From positions 79,752-143,751 of the forward strand of contig CAWJSR010000015.1 in assembly GCA_963845515.1 (NCBI GenBank): a DNA stretch of 64,000 nucleotides, read 5' to 3'. Below, in pieces: positions 9,377 to 20,747 of this stretch. The notes under the pieces are model-generated. The model was not told where the DNA came from, did not search any database, and saw only the letters and a list, made by a program, of their open reading frames with translations. Source of the stretch: an uncultured delta proteobacterium. Its GTDB lineage: Bacteria; Myxococcota; Myxococcia; Myxococcales; Anaeromyxobacteraceae. Each line of letters opens with the position of its first letter. The stretch's first letter is position 1. The position numbers and the translations under genes are program-made.

Positions 9377-11470
9377 TCACCCCTGGACCTTGAAGCGCTT
9401 CACCTCGCCGCCCAGGGTGTCGGCCTTGGTGGCCAGGTCGGTGATGGCGGCCTCCAGGTCCCGGATCGAGCGGGACTGCGCCTCCGCGACCTGCTTGATC
9501 TGCACGACGGCCCCCATCACCTGCTCGGACCCCCGCGTCTGCTCCTTCTGGGCGCGGTTGAGGTGGTGGACCATCTCCGAGATCGACTCGATGGCGCGGG
9601 TGATCTGCTTGGAGCCGCGCGCCTGCTCCTGCGACGAGCGCTCGACGTGCTTGGTGATCGACTTCATCTTCTCCGAGCTCTTCATGATCTGCTCGGAGCC
9701 GCGGGCCTGCTCCGCCGTCGCCGACGCGATCTGCTGGACCGCCTCGGCGATCCGGTTGATGGCCATCGTCACCTGCTTGGAGCCGCGCGCCTGCTCGATC
9801 GTCGCCCTGGCGATCGCCTTCACCATCTGCGTCGACTTCTGCGACGACTCCTGGATCTTCATCAGGGCCGACTCGGCCTCCTGGCCCAGCCGGACCCCCT
9901 CCTCGACGCTGCGGACGCCGCGGTCCATCGCCTGGATGGCGTTGCGCGACTGGTCCTGCACGGCCCGCACGAGGTCGGAGATCTCCTTGGTCGAGGCGCC
10001 GGTGCGCTCGGCGAGGTCCTTGATCTCGTCGGCGACGACCGCGAAGCCCTTGCCGTGCTCGCCGGACTGCGCCGCGAGGATGGCGGCGTTGAGGGCGAGG
10101 AGGTTCGTCTGCTCCGCCACGTCGTCGATCACGTTCAGGATGTTCCCGATGGCCGAGATCTTCTTGCCGAGCGCCTCGATGACGTTGGCCGCCTCGCGCG
10201 AGGACTCCTTGATCTTGTCGATGCCGACCAGCGTGCGGGAGATGGACTCGGCCCCGACCTCGGCGTCGCGCTGTGCCTGCTCGGACAGGCGCGCCGTCTC
10301 GTTGGCGTTGGTCTCGACCTGGCCGATGGAGACGTCCATCTCGTTCATCGAGGAGCTGGTCTCCTCGGTCGTCGCGGAGAGGTCCTCGATGTTCTTGGCC
10401 ACCTCCTTGATCGAGTAGGTCATCTCCTCGATCGCCGCGGTGGTCTCCTCGACGCTCGCCGAGAGTCCCTGGATGTTCTCGGCGACCTCGTCGTTCGTGG
10501 CGGCCATCTCGAGGATCGAGGAGGAGGACTCCTCCGCGCTCTGCGCGAGCACCTCCACGTTGTCGGCGATCCCCTTGAGGCTGGCGATCATCTCGCCCAT
10601 CGAGGCGGAGGTCTCGGTGACGCTCGCCATCACGGTCTGCGTGCCCTGCGTCACCGCCGCGCTGGTCCGGGAGACCCCGTCGATGACGGTGCGGACGCCG
10701 CCGGTCACGATCTGGACGCGCGAGAGCGTGACGGTCAGGTTCTCGCCGATCCTGTTGAGCGAGTCGGCCATCATCCCCAGCTCGTCGTCTCCATGCTTGC
10801 GCGCCCGCGCCGTCAGGTCGCAGTCGGAGACGCGCTGGGCGACCGCGGTCATCTCCTGGAGCGGCTTGAGGACGACGTGCGACGCGAGCAGGTAGACGAC
10901 GATCGCGAGCGCCGTGGCCCCGACCAGCATGAGGAGGCCGATGATGATCCGGAACTGTCGCATGTCGTCCCGGAGGTCGTTCCCCGAGACGCCCATCAGG
11001 ACCCAGCCGGCGCTCCTCTCCCGCAGGGTCCCGTCCGGCTGCGGGATCTTGACCATGATCTCGCGGCTGAAGCAGAAGTCGCCGTCGTGCTCGAAGGAAG
11101 GGGCGAAGCTCTGCCCCGAGTGGACGGACAGCGCCGCCTCGGGCGTGCCCGCCCACCCGCGCCCGAGCCGCCGCGCCGCGATCGAGAGGTCGGGGCGGAG
11201 GACGAGCACGTAGGTGTCGTGCTCCTCGTTGAACATCTCGTCGAGCTCGGCGACGAGGTGCGCCTCGCTCCCTCCCAGCGCGAAGGTGCTCAGGCGGGAG
11301 GCCATCACGCGCGCGTCGCTCTCGCCGGCGTGCACGATCGCCTCGGTGAGTGCGCGCCGGACGACGACGTCGAGGGAGAGGCCGGTCAGGGTCCCGCCCA
11401 GGAGCAGCAGGACGGCGATTCCAAGCACCAGGGCCCGCTTGATTCCCAGCTTCTCGATCCAACTGAGCAT
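9377..11470 (-). CDS. Methyl-accepting chemotaxis protein
   Basis: Two TM helices, [41 protein letters not shown]. Confidence 0.92.
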   Translation of the reverse strand: MLSWIEKLGIKRALVLGIAVLLLLGGTLTGLSLDVVVRRALTEAIVHAGESDARVMASRLSTFALGGSEAHLVAELDEMFNEEHDTYVLVLRPDLSIAARRLGRGWAGTPEAALSVHSGQSFAPSFEHDGDFCFSREIMVKIPQPDGTLRERSAGWVLMGVSGNDLRDDMRQFRIIIGLLMLVGATALAIVVYLLASHVVLKPLQEMTAVAQRVSDCDLTARARKHGDDELGMMADSLNRIGENLTVTLSRVQIVTGGVRTVIDGVSRTSAAVTQGTQTVMASVTETSASMGEMIASLKGIADNVEVLAQSAEESSSSILEMAATNDEVAENIQGLSASVEETTAAIEEMTYSIKEVAKNIEDLSATTEETSSSMNEMDVSIGQVETNANETARLSEQAQRDAEVGAESISRTLVGIDKIKESSREAANVIEALGKKISAIGNILNVIDDVAEQTNLLALNAAILAAQSGEHGKGFAVVADEIKDLAERTGASTKEISDLVRAVQDQSRNAIQAMDRGVRSVEEGVRLGQEAESALMKIQESSQKSTQMVKAIARATIEQARGSKQVTMAINRIAEAVQQIASATAEQARGSEQIMKSSEKMKSITKHVERSSQEQARGSKQITRAIESISEMVHHLNRAQKEQTRGSEQVMGAVVQIKQVAEAQSRSIRDLEAAITDLATKADTLGGEVKRFKVQG

Positions 11471-11593
11471 CGCGTTCCGCCGGCTCGGGGGATGGGCGGC
11501 GGGTGAAACGGCCGCAGTTCCAAGCGTTTTCGGATGCTACCGGGGGCCCCGTAGGGGGTCAAGGAAGCGGCGACCGCGGAGGGGCTACAGCCG

Positions 11594-14161
11594 TCACTCC
11601 ATGATGAGCTGCTGCGCGTCGACCTTCGGCCGGGTCGCGTCGTCCAGCTTCGGCGCGCTCCCCTCCTTGAACGGCTCCACGACGCCGCCGCTCTCGACCG
11701 GCTTCCCCGTGTCGGGGTCGATCCTCACCATCACCATCCCCGGCGGCGGCGTGAACTCCGGCTGCGGGCGGTGCCCAAGCGCGGCGGTCATGTAGTCGAG
11801 CCAGATGGGGAGGGACGCGTGGCCGCCCGTCTCGCCGCGCGCGAGCGGCGTCTCGTTGATGTCGTAGCCGAGCCAGACGCCGGTGGCGAGATCGTGGGTG
11901 AAGCCCATGAACCAGGTGTCGAACGAGTCGTTGGTCGTCCCCGTCTTGCCGGCCGCCGGCTTCCCCAGCTTCGCGGCGCGGGCGCCGGTCCCGACGGTCG
12001 CCACCTCGCGCATGAGGTGGACGAGCGTGTAGGCGGTGCGGGGATCCATCGCCTGCTCGCGCTGGCGGGAGGCCTCCGCCAGCCCCGCCGCCATGCGCGC
12101 AGAGAGCGGCACCCACGGATCCCGCCAGTCGGCGTGGTCCTCCAGCACCCGGCCGTCGCGGTCCAGCACCCGCTTCACGAAGGCGCTGCCGCGCCGGTCG
12201 CCGTACCGCGCGAAGAGCGCGTAGACGTTGGTCAGCTCCCAGAGGTTGACGCACGAGGAGCCGAGCGCGCTGCCGAGCTCACGCTTCACCGGCGTCGTGA
12301 TGCCGAGCTGCTTCGCCCAGTCGGCGAGCGCGGTCGGGCCCTCCTGCACGATGAGCGCCTCCGCCGTCTTGACGGCCGGGATGTTCATCGAGTTGATGAC
12401 CGCGGTGCGGACGGTGACGTCCCCCTTGAACTCCTCGCCGAAGTTCTGCGGCTTCCAGGAGTTCTCGTCGTCGCGGAAGACGATCGGGGCGTCGGTGAGG
12501 ATGGTCGCGGGCGTGAAGTCGAGCTTCTCGACCGCGGCGGCGTAGACGATCGGCTTGAAGGCCGAGCCGGGCTGGCGGCAGGCCTGGAAGGCGCGGTTGA
12601 ACTCGCTGGCCTCGAAGTCGTAGCCGCCGACCATCGCCGCGACGTAGCCCGTCCACGGATCGACCGAGACGAGCGCGCCCTGCAGCTTCGGCTCCTGCTC
12701 GAGGGCGAAGAGCACCTCGGCCTCCGGGACCTCGTTCGCCCTCCCCACGGCCAGGCGGCGCTCGGCGGCCATCAGCTCCTTGCGCGAGACGCGCCGCACC
12801 AGGACCACGTCTCCGCTCCGGAGCACCCCGGAGACGCGCGGGAGGAGCGCGTCCGCGTGGGAGACCTCCGGGTTGGGCCGGCGCGCCCAGCGCATGCCGG
12901 CGATCGGGATGATCCCATCGTTGGCGCCGACCGAGACGCGGACGACGTTCTGCGTCGCGTCGACGCCGGTGACGATCCCGACCGCGTGATCCCCGACGGC
13001 CAGCGCCCCAGCCGGCCAGCCGCGCGCGAGCCGCTCCTCCAGCGCCTGGCGGTCCACCCCCTGCACGCGCTGGAGCGCGCCGCCGTAGCCCTGGCGGCGA
13101 TCCACCTCGAGCAGCCCCTCGAGCATCGCCCCCTGCGCGGCCCGCTGCTTCTCCAGGTCCATCGCCATCTCGACCCGCAGCCCGTCCTTCAGGAGCCGCT
13201 CGTTCCCGTAGCGGTCGACGATCTGCCGCCGGACCTGCTCGACGTAGAAGGGGGCGGTCTCGCGGAAGACGTCGTCGACGCCGTGGACCTTGACCTCGGC
13301 GGCGGACGCGCGCTCCCGCTCCTCGGCCGAGATCATCCCCTCCTCGAACATCCGGCGCAGGACGTACCGGCGGCGCTCCTTGGCCGTCGCCGGGTGGGCG
13401 AAGGGGGAGTACTTGGACGGCGCCTGCGGGAGGCCGGCCAGGAGCGCCGCCTCCTCGAGCGTCAGCTCGTCCACGTTCTTGCGGTAGTAGTTCTCGGCGG
13501 CGGCCTGGACGCCGTAGCTGTGGTGCCCGAGATAGACGCCGTTGAGGTACAGCCAGAGGATCTGCTCCTTCGTGAAGGCCCCCTCCAGCCGGAACGCGAG
13601 GATCAGCTCACGGACCTTCCGCCGGAGGCTCTTCCGCGTCCCCTCCTGGAACCCCTCGGCCGAGATCAGGATCGACTTCGCCGTCTGCTGCGTGAGGCTC
13701 GACCCGCCCTGGACCTTGCGCCGGAGCACGTAGGTGTTGATCGCGGCGCGGAGCGTCCCGCGCCAGTCGACGCCGGAGTGATCGAAGAAGCGCTGGTCCT
13801 CCGAGGCGATGAAGGCCTGGATCAGCTGCTTCGGGATCCGCTCGTACGGAACGACCTTGCGCCGCTCGACGAAGAACTCCCCGGCGACCTGCCCGTCGGC
13901 GCTCACCATCTCGGTGATGATCGGCGGACGGTACTGGGCGACCGACGGGATCACCGGGAGGCCGCGGGAGAACCAGGCCCAGGCGACCGCGACCACGACG
14001 GCGCCGACCGCGCACGCGACCGCGCCGGCCGCGGCCGCCCAGCGGACGAGCCGGCGCCGCCAGAAGGGCGTCTCGCCCATGATCAGCGTCGTCGCCGGCG
14101 CGACCCGTGTCGGGTCGGACGGGGACATCGGCCGCGTCGTCTCTTCGTCGTGCTCGCTCAC
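11594..14161 (-). CDS. mrcA: Penicillin-binding protein 1A
   Basis: EDQRFFDHSGVD, QGGSSLTQQ, RQPGSAFKP, SMN, GKTGTTND. Confidence 0.92.
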   Translation of the reverse strand: MSEHDEETTRPMSPSDPTRVAPATTLIMGETPFWRRRLVRWAAAAGAVACAVGAVVVAVAWAWFSRGLPVIPSVAQYRPPIITEMVSADGQVAGEFFVERRKVVPYERIPKQLIQAFIASEDQRFFDHSGVDWRGTLRAAINTYVLRRKVQGGSSLTQQTAKSILISAEGFQEGTRKSLRRKVRELILAFRLEGAFTKEQILWLYLNGVYLGHHSYGVQAAAENYYRKNVDELTLEEAALLAGLPQAPSKYSPFAHPATAKERRRYVLRRMFEEGMISAEERERASAAEVKVHGVDDVFRETAPFYVEQVRRQIVDRYGNERLLKDGLRVEMAMDLEKQRAAQGAMLEGLLEVDRRQGYGGALQRVQGVDRQALEERLARGWPAGALAVGDHAVGIVTGVDATQNVVRVSVGANDGIIPIAGMRWARRPNPEVSHADALLPRVSGVLRSGDVVLVRRVSRKELMAAERRLAVGRANEVPEAEVLFALEQEPKLQGALVSVDPWTGYVAAMVGGYDFEASEFNRAFQACRQPGSAFKPIVYAAAVEKLDFTPATILTDAPIVFRDDENSWKPQNFGEEFKGDVTVRTAVINSMNIPAVKTAEALIVQEGPTALADWAKQLGITTPVKRELGSALGSSCVNLWELTNVYALFARYGDRRGSAFVKRVLDRDGRVLEDHADWRDPWVPLSARMAAGLAEASRQREQAMDPRTAYTLVHLMREVATVGTGARAAKLGKPAAGKTGTTNDSFDTWFMGFTHDLATGVWLGYDINETPLARGETGGHASLPIWLDYMTAALGHRPQPEFTPPPGMVMVRIDPDTGKPVESGGVVEPFKEGSAPKLDDATRPKVDAQQLIME

Positions 14162-14173
14162 GGGGTGGCGAAT

Positions 14174-15184
14174 TTACACGCCTCGGCCGGGATTCGGAAC
14201 CGGCGCGGTGACGCCGGGCGGGAGCGGCAGGTTCAGCCTGCGGAGGACCTCGACCAGCTCCTCCGGGAGCGGGGCGGTCAGCGAGAGGCGCTCCCCCGTG
14301 ATGGGGTGCGGAAGCGACAGCTTCCACGCGTGGAGGAACATGCGCCTCAGCCCCCATCGCGTCCGGGCGGCCCGGTTGAACGGGAAGTCGCCGTAGCGCT
14401 TGTCGCCCGCCACCGGGTGGCCGGCGGCCTCGAGGTGGCGCCGGATCTGGTGCGTCCGTCCCGTCTCGATCGCGACCTGCAGGAGCGTGGCCTCCTTCAT
14501 GGAGGCGAGCACCTTCCAGCGGGTGAGCGCCTCCTGGAAGTTCACGCCGCGCATCGACTTCGACTTTCCGGTCTGCTCGTGCTCGGAGAGCGGCAGGTCG
14601 ATGGTCCCGGTGTCGCGCGACATCTTCCCCTTGGCGAGGGCGAGGTAGCTCTTCGAGACCCCCGCGCCCGAGGTGAAGAGCTCGGTGAGCCGAACCATCG
14701 CCTTCCTGTTCTTGGCCACCAGGATCACGCCGGAGGTGTCCCGGTCGAGCCGGTGGGCCGGGGACGGCTTGAACTCCTGCGGCGGCACGTCGGCGGGGAC
14801 GCGCAGGTACGCGCGCGCCATCTCGACCATCGTCGCCCCCTCGATCCCCGTCCCGGGATGGGCCGCGAGGCCCGCCGGCTTGTCGACCGCCAGCAGGTCG
14901 CCGTCCTCGTACAGGACGCGGAAGGTGACCCTGACGCCGGCGTGGCTCGGCTGGCTCCCCTTCGGCTCCTGCGCCGCGAGCAGCTTGTCGGCGTCGCCGC
15001 GGATGAAGACCTTGTCACCGGCCGCGAGCAGCTGCTCCGCCTTCCCGCGCGAGCCGTTCACGCGGACCTGCCGCGTCCGCAGCAGCTTGTAGACGTGCGA
15101 CAGCGGGACGTCCTTCAGCGCCTTGCGGACGTACTTGTCGAGCCGCTGGCCGGCGGCGTCGGGGGAGACCTCTAGCTCGATCAC
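14174..15184 (-). CDS. RluA-family pseudouridine synthase with S4 domain
   Basis: GQRLDKY, DKPAGL, HRLDRDTSG, TGRTHQIRRH, FLHA. Confidence 0.92.
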   Translation of the reverse strand: MIELEVSPDAAGQRLDKYVRKALKDVPLSHVYKLLRTRQVRVNGSRGKAEQLLAAGDKVFIRGDADKLLAAQEPKGSQPSHAGVRVTFRVLYEDGDLLAVDKPAGLAAHPGTGIEGATMVEMARAYLRVPADVPPQEFKPSPAHRLDRDTSGVILVAKNRKAMVRLTELFTSGAGVSKSYLALAKGKMSRDTGTIDLPLSEHEQTGKSKSMRGVNFQEALTRWKVLASMKEATLLQVAIETGRTHQIRRHLEAAGHPVAGDKRYGDFPFNRAARTRWGLRRMFLHAWKLSLPHPITGERLSLTAPLPEELVEVLRRLNLPLPPGVTAPVPNPGRGV

Positions 15185-15193
15185 GGCGCGGTT

Positions 15194-16186
15194 CTACAGC
15201 AACTCGAGCTGCCGCGTCTCGCGCAGCGGCTCCGCGCGGATGCCCAGCTTCCGGAGGGCCGCCGCCAGCTCCTCCTCGAAGCCGTGCACCGTGAAGACCC
15301 GTGACGCGCCGGTCTCGCGGGCGTAGCGCAGGAGCGCCGGGTAGTCGGCGTGATCCGAGAGCGGGAAGGCCGCGTCTGCGCCGCGGAAGCGCCGCCCGCC
15401 GTCGATCGCCCAGCCGGTGAGCACGGCGCTCCGGCGCTTGCGCACGCCGCGCAGCGCCGAGGTCCAGGCGAGGTGCGGCGGGGCGACCACCACCTCGTCG
15501 CGCTCAGCCCCCTCGGCCCCGAGCAGCCGCACGCTGGGCAGGGGGACCCCGTGGGCCTCGTAGATCCGGTTGATCGCGTGGACCGAAGGGTGGGCGCGAA
15601 CCTTGAAGCCGAGGTCGCAGAGCCACTTCTCGACCTCCTGGGCCTTCCCCAGCGCGTATCCCAGGAGGACGGGTGTCACCCCGTCGGAGAGCGCGTCCTC
15701 GACGAACTTGCGGACCCCGGCGAGGACCTCCTCCTTCGGGGGGAAGGAGTAGTGGGGGTGACCGAACGTCGACTCCATCACCAGGACGTCGCACGGGACC
15801 GTCTCCGCCCGCTCCGCCGCGTGCGTCGGCTCTAGGCAGAAGTCCCCCGTGTACCCCAGCGCGACGCCGGCTCGCAGCACGCGGAGCTGGGCGGATCCCA
15901 GGACGTGGCCCGCCGGGAAGAGCTCGAGCGTCAGCTCGCCGAGGCCGAACGGGGTCCGGTACTGCGCCGGCAGGGCCTCGGTCTTCCTGCGCCTGGGCGC
16001 ACCCAGCCTGTAGCGCATGAGGTCCAGCGTCGCGGGCGTGGCGATGGCGCGATCGTGCCGCCCGAGGTGATCGCCGTGGGCGTGCGAGATGAAGGCGCAC
16101 TCGGCGCGCCGGCGGGCGTCGAGCTGCAGCGACGTGCCGGCGACCCGCAGCTGCCCCCCCTCGAGCTCGATGAACGAACGGCGCAT
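15194..16186 (-). CDS. MBL-fold (beta-CASP-like) nuclease
   Basis: SHAHGDH, PAGHVLGS, YTGD, ESTFG, GYALGKAQE, LSDHADY. Confidence 0.85.
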   Translation of the reverse strand: MRRSFIELEGGQLRVAGTSLQLDARRRAECAFISHAHGDHLGRHDRAIATPATLDLMRYRLGAPRRRKTEALPAQYRTPFGLGELTLELFPAGHVLGSAQLRVLRAGVALGYTGDFCLEPTHAAERAETVPCDVLVMESTFGHPHYSFPPKEEVLAGVRKFVEDALSDGVTPVLLGYALGKAQEVEKWLCDLGFKVRAHPSVHAINRIYEAHGVPLPSVRLLGAEGAERDEVVVAPPHLAWTSALRGVRKRRSAVLTGWAIDGGRRFRGADAAFPLSDHADYPALLRYARETGASRVFTVHGFEEELAAALRKLGIRAEPLRETRQLELL

Positions 16187-16312
16187 TTGCCCGGGTTATC
16201 TACCCCGGGCCGCCGACACCGCCACCATCACCCGGGTTGCGGCGCCGCGCCCCGTTGACGGGACGCCCCGTGCGCGCGCAGGATTCGAGGATACCGCCAA
16301 GGGGTGGGGGCC

Positions 16313-16921
16313 GTGTCCGAGTTCATCGTCAACGCACGTCACACGCCGCGCGCGCTGGTCAGGTGCCAGGCTCGGGCACCGCTGCTCGGCGGCGGCTTCT
16401 GGTCTTCGGACACCGAGGACATCGGGCCGCGCGGGTGCCAGCTCGTCGCGCCGGCGCGCTTCACTCCGGGCGAGGGGATCGAGCTCGAGCTCACGAGCGA
16501 GCGGGTCCTGGACCCGCTCTGGGTCGGCGGGCGGATCGCATGGGCCGCCGACGAGCCGCCCTGGCGCGTCGGGATAGCGTTCTCCGACCAGGACCAGGAC
16601 GCCGCCGCGCGCTGGTTCGACCGGCTCGTAGCCGCCTTCCCCGGGCTCGATGGCTCGCTGCTCGCGCCGAAGCGGATCGCGGCGGACGCCGACATCTACC
16701 TCGGCCGGGCGCCACGCCTGCTCCCGCCCCTCGTCCCGCAGGAGGTCGCTGTCCTGCGCGCCGTCGGGACCGGCATCAAGGCGACGGAGCTCCGCGCGAA
16801 GCTGGGGGCGGACTGGGAGAACAGCAAGGGAGCGCTCTTCGCGCTCATCGGCCGGCGCTTCCTCACCCTGACCGCGTCCGAGGCCGCCGGCCCGGACGCC
16901 TGGGCCAGCTACCTCGGCTGA
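16313..16921 (+). CDS. PilZ-domain protein
   Basis: RHTPR and DIGPRG (RxxxR, DxSxxG-like) motifs. Confidence 0.7.
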   Translation: MSEFIVNARHTPRALVRCQARAPLLGGGFWSSDTEDIGPRGCQLVAPARFTPGEGIELELTSERVLDPLWVGGRIAWAADEPPWRVGIAFSDQDQDAAARWFDRLVAAFPGLDGSLLAPKRIAADADIYLGRAPRLLPPLVPQEVAVLRAVGTGIKATELRAKLGADWENSKGALFALIGRRFLTLTASEAAGPDAWASYLG

Positions 16922-17688
16922 TCCTCCTCGAACCGGTGGTGCAGCGTCACCGGCGACGATGACGCCTTGCGCAGCCGCATGTTGAGCAGCTCGACCCCGA
17001 GCGAGAAGAACATCGCGAAGTAGATGTACCCCTTCTCGATGTGCTTCCCGAACGCCTCCGCGGTGAGCATCACGCCGATGAGGATCAGGAAGGAGAGCGC
17101 GAGGATCTTCATCGTCGGGTGGCGCTCGATGAAGTCGCCGATCGCGCCTGCGAAGATCATCATCACGCCCATCGCCAGGACCATCGCCGCCACCATGACC
17201 GGCAGGTGCTGCGACATCCCGACGGCGGTTATGACCGAGTCGAGCGAGAAGACGATGTCGAGCAGCCCGATCTGGACGACGACCGACCAGAAGGCGGCGG
17301 CGCTCACCGGCTTCGCCTCGGCGGCGTGCTGGACCTCGAGCTTGTCGTGGATCTCGACCGTCGCCTTCCCGACGAGGAAGAGGCCACCGGCGAGCAGGAT
17401 GAGGTCGCGCCCGGAGACGCCGTGGCCCATCACCGCAAACAGGTCGCGGGTCAGCCCCATCACCCAGCTGATGGCGAAGAGGAGCCCGAGCCGCGTCACG
17501 AGGGCGACGACGAGCCCCAGCTTGCGGGCCTTCGGCTGCTGCTCCCTCGGGAGGCGGCCGGCGAGGATGGAGAGGAAGACGATGTTGTCGACGCCCAGGA
17601 CGATCTCCATGAGGGCGAGCGTCGCGAGCGAGATCCAGGCCTCGGGGGAGCTGAGCAGTTCGAGCATGGCGGGCAGTTCTTGCCCCAT
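16909..17688 (-). CDS. TerC-family membrane protein
   Basis: MEIVLGVDNIVF, GRDLILLAGGLFL, DIVFSLDSVITAVG, KGYIYFAM. Confidence 0.9.
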   Translation of the reverse strand: MGQELPAMLELLSSPEAWISLATLALMEIVLGVDNIVFLSILAGRLPREQQPKARKLGLVVALVTRLGLLFAISWVMGLTRDLFAVMGHGVSGRDLILLAGGLFLVGKATVEIHDKLEVQHAAEAKPVSAAAFWSVVVQIGLLDIVFSLDSVITAVGMSQHLPVMVAAMVLAMGVMMIFAGAIGDFIERHPTMKILALSFLILIGVMLTAEAFGKHIEKGYIYFAMFFSLGVELLNMRLRKASSSPVTLHHRFEEDQPR

Positions 17689-17708
17689 CGCAGCGCGCCT
17701 GTCGAGCG

Positions 17709-18731
17709 TCAGGACGTCGCCGACTGGCGCGCCCCGTAGCGCCAGGGCTCGTCGTCGTCGAGCAGGACCAGCTCCCCCCTCGCCGCCATCGCCTCGAGGT
17801 TGGCGACGGTCTCGGAGAGCGTGAGGAAGAGGTCTGACGGCCCGGAGGTGGGGAAGAGCTCGAGCGTCAGCTCCCACGGCGTCCGGGGTCCCGCGGTGAC
17901 GTGCCCCCGCAGCCGCGCCTGCCGCCGCCCCTGGAAGCCGAGGAGCGAGTCGATCACGCGCCGGTGGTCGCCGAAGGGCGGGCCGTGGCCCGGGAGGACC
18001 GCGTCCAGCGCAAGCTCGCGGACCTTCCGTATGCTCACGTCGTACGCGACGAGCGGCCGGAACCAGCCCGGCGCGTCCCCGGGACCCAGGTCGATGAGCG
18101 GGTTCGGCGAGATCCGCTCCAGCAGGTGATCGCCGGAGAGGAGCAGCCCGTGCTCGGCGTCGTGCAGGACCACCAGCCCCGGAGTGTGACCCGGCGCGTG
18201 GATCACGCGCAGCGCCACGTGGCGGCCTTCGAACACCTGGCCGTCCGAGAGCGGCTCGGTCCGGGCGACTCCCGGCGCGATCTCGTAGGCGGGCGCGCTT
18301 CGCGCCATCGCGGCCTCCGCAAGCGCCGGCGGGACGCCCAGCCGCACGAGGTGGCGCGCGTAGGCGCCGGAGTGCTCGCTGAAGACCCAGCCCCCCTCGG
18401 TGAGCTTCGGCGCGTCCACTGGATGGGCGAAGACGGGCACCTCGCGCCCGGCTCGCTCCTGGACGTACCGCGCCCCGCCGAAGTGGTCCACGTGACCGTG
18501 CGTGACGACTATTCGGCGGACGTCCTCGTACCGGAGGCCGAGCCGCTGGAAGCCTGCGTCGAGCGCCGCGCCCCCCTCTGCCACCGCGAGCCCCGTGTCG
18601 ACCATCAGGAGGCCGCCGCCCTCCTCCTCGACGACGTAGGCGTTCGCCGGTCCGCCGGCGTGCAGGAACGGGACGGGCACGGGGATCCGATGCACCCCGA
18701 GCTTCGCGACGGCGCGACCGATCTCGTTCAC
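17709..18731 (-). CDS. MBL-fold metallo-hydrolase
   Basis: THGHVDHFG, PGHTPG, SGDH, PGHG; GTG start overlapping the etfA stop. Confidence 0.85.
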   Translation of the reverse strand: MNEIGRAVAKLGVHRIPVPVPFLHAGGPANAYVVEEEGGGLLMVDTGLAVAEGGAALDAGFQRLGLRYEDVRRIVVTHGHVDHFGGARYVQERAGREVPVFAHPVDAPKLTEGGWVFSEHSGAYARHLVRLGVPPALAEAAMARSAPAYEIAPGVARTEPLSDGQVFEGRHVALRVIHAPGHTPGLVVLHDAEHGLLLSGDHLLERISPNPLIDLGPGDAPGWFRPLVAYDVSIRKVRELALDAVLPGHGPPFGDHRRVIDSLLGFQGRRQARLRGHVTAGPRTPWELTLELFPTSGPSDLFLTLSETVANLEAMAARGELVLLDDDEPWRYGARQSATS

Positions 18732-19690
18732 CGGCTCGCCTTCACCCTGGCGAGCAGCGCGGGGAGCGCCTCGAAGAGGTCGGCGACGAGCCCGTAGTCG
18801 GCGACCTGGAAGATCGGGGCGTCTGCGTCCTTGTTGACTGCGACGATGACCTTCGAGCCCTTCATGCCCGCGACGTGCTGGATCTGCCCTGAGATCCCGG
18901 CGGCTATGTAGAGGTCCGGCGCGACGACCTTGCCTGTCTGCCCCACCTGGAGGTCGTTCGGCACCCAGCCTGCGTCGACCGCGGCCCGGCTCGCTCCGAT
19001 CGCGCCACCGAGCTCGTCGGCGAGCGCCTCGATCGGGCCGAAGTTCCCCTTCGTCCCGCGACCGCCGGACACCACCACCCGCGCCTCGGTCAGCTCCGGC
19101 CGCTCGCTCTTCACCGGCTGGAAGGAGACGAAGCGGATCTTCCCGGCCGCCGGACCGTCGACCCCCTTCGCCACCACGACCGAGCCGCCGGGCGCCAGGC
19201 CAGCGGGCGCGAACTCGGTGGGGCGGATGGTGAGCACCTTCACTGGCGTCGCGATCTCGACCTCGGCCATGACATTGCCGGCCCACATCGGCCGGCGCAG
19301 CGTCACCGAGCCCCCCTCGCCGCCGAACGCGAGGACGTCGGTCGCCGCCCCCGCCCCGAGCCGCGCCGCGACCCGCGGCAGCAGGTCCTTGCCCTGCGCG
19401 GTCGCGGCGCCGACGATCCAGGTGGCCGGGATGGCGCGAGCCAGCTCAGCGATCGTCGGCGCGTGCTGCTCTGCGAGGTACGGCGCGAAGCGCGGCTCGT
19501 CGACGGCGTGCACGATCGCCCCCGCCGCCGCTGCCTCCGCCGCCGCCGCGGCCAGGTCGCCGCCGAGGAGCGCGGCATGGAGCCTCCCGCCGGTGCGCGC
19601 GGCGAGCTGCTGGCCGGCGCCCAGGGCGCAGCGCGCCGCCTTTCGGAGCGTGCCGCTCGCGTGTTCGAGGACGACGAGGACGTCGGACAT
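18728..19690 (-). CDS. etfA: Electron transfer flavoprotein alpha subunit
   Basis: [38 protein letters not shown]. Confidence 0.93.
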   Translation of the reverse strand: MSDVLVVLEHASGTLRKAARCALGAGQQLAARTGGRLHAALLGGDLAAAAAEAAAAGAIVHAVDEPRFAPYLAEQHAPTIAELARAIPATWIVGAATAQGKDLLPRVAARLGAGAATDVLAFGGEGGSVTLRRPMWAGNVMAEVEIATPVKVLTIRPTEFAPAGLAPGGSVVVAKGVDGPAAGKIRFVSFQPVKSERPELTEARVVVSGGRGTKGNFGPIEALADELGGAIGASRAAVDAGWVPNDLQVGQTGKVVAPDLYIAAGISGQIQHVAGMKGSKVIVAVNKDADAPIFQVADYGLVADLFEALPALLARVKASR

Positions 19691-19706
19691 TGTCTCGCTC
19701 CGTTCG

Positions 19707-20511
19707 CTACAGGACCTTGGCCTCGTCGTGCAGCCGCCGCCAGAGCTCCTCGACGTCGGCGACCTTGACGCCACCCTTGCGCGCGGCCGGGGCGGAGAGC
19801 CCGAGCACCACCACCTTCGGCGCGATGTCCGAGGCGACCGACGCCGCGGGGAGCCGGGGGATGACGGCCTTCTTCGACTTCATGATCCCGGGGAGGGAGG
19901 CGAAGCGTGGCTTGTTGAGCCGCAGGTCGCAGGTGACGACCGCGGGCAGGTCGAGCGACACGATCTCGACGCCGCCGTCCACCTCGCGGGTCACCTCGAC
20001 CGACCTCCCGTCCGCCGGAGAGCAGGAGCCCCGGCTGCCGCTTCTTCTCGGCCTCGCTCTCCAGGCTCTCCACCTTCGACGCGCAGGTGGCCTGCGGCAG
20101 GCCGAGCCGCTCGGCGAGGTACTGGCCCACCTGGTTCTGGTCGTCGTCGATCGACTGCTTCCCCAGCAGGGCGAGGTCCGGCTTCTCCTGCGCGAAGACA
20201 CCGGCGAGGAGCGCCGAGACCGCCGGCGGATCGAGCGGACCGTCGTGCAGCACGAGGAGGCCGCGGTCGGCCCCCATCGCGACGGCGGCCTTCACCTCGG
20301 CGATGGACGCCTCGCCACCGATCGCGACGGCCACGACCTCGCCGCCGTGCTTCTCCCGGAGCCGCAGCGCCTCCTCGACGGCGATCTCGTCGAAGGGGTT
20401 CATCCGGTAGTTCACGCCATCGGTGACGATGCCGGCGCCGTCCGGCCGGACGTGTATCCGCGACTCGGGGTCCTCGACGCGCTTGGCTGTGACCAGGATC
20501 TTGAGTGACAT
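19707..20511 (-). CDS. etfB: Electron transfer flavoprotein beta subunit (frameshift near 20010, probably an error)
   Basis: MNPFDEIAVEEALRL and GKQSIDDD in one frame; VTREVDGG...DLRLNKPRFASLPGIMK in another. Confidence 0.85.
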
Positions 20512-20747
20512 CGGGGGGCTCCAGCCGCGGCGGGCGGTCGACGGACCGGGGATCATGCGCGGCGTTCCGGCGCGTCGCAACCCCAATCAGTCCCAGCGTT
20601 TTTCGAGCCCGCCTGCCGCCCGACGCCGGGCGTACCACGCCCCGAATGGGCATACACTTCACGTCATTTCGCCAGTTCACCACCGGGCATGACAAGATGT
20701 GCGGTCTGTCGTCACCACAACTTCTTACGTCTCAAAGGGGAAATACC

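Noticed and set aside
11771..15175. Long antisense or alternate-frame ORFs (also 9563-11506, 25520-28174, 51790-55113)
   Set aside because: Shadow ORFs of high-GC coding strands with no recognisable motifs
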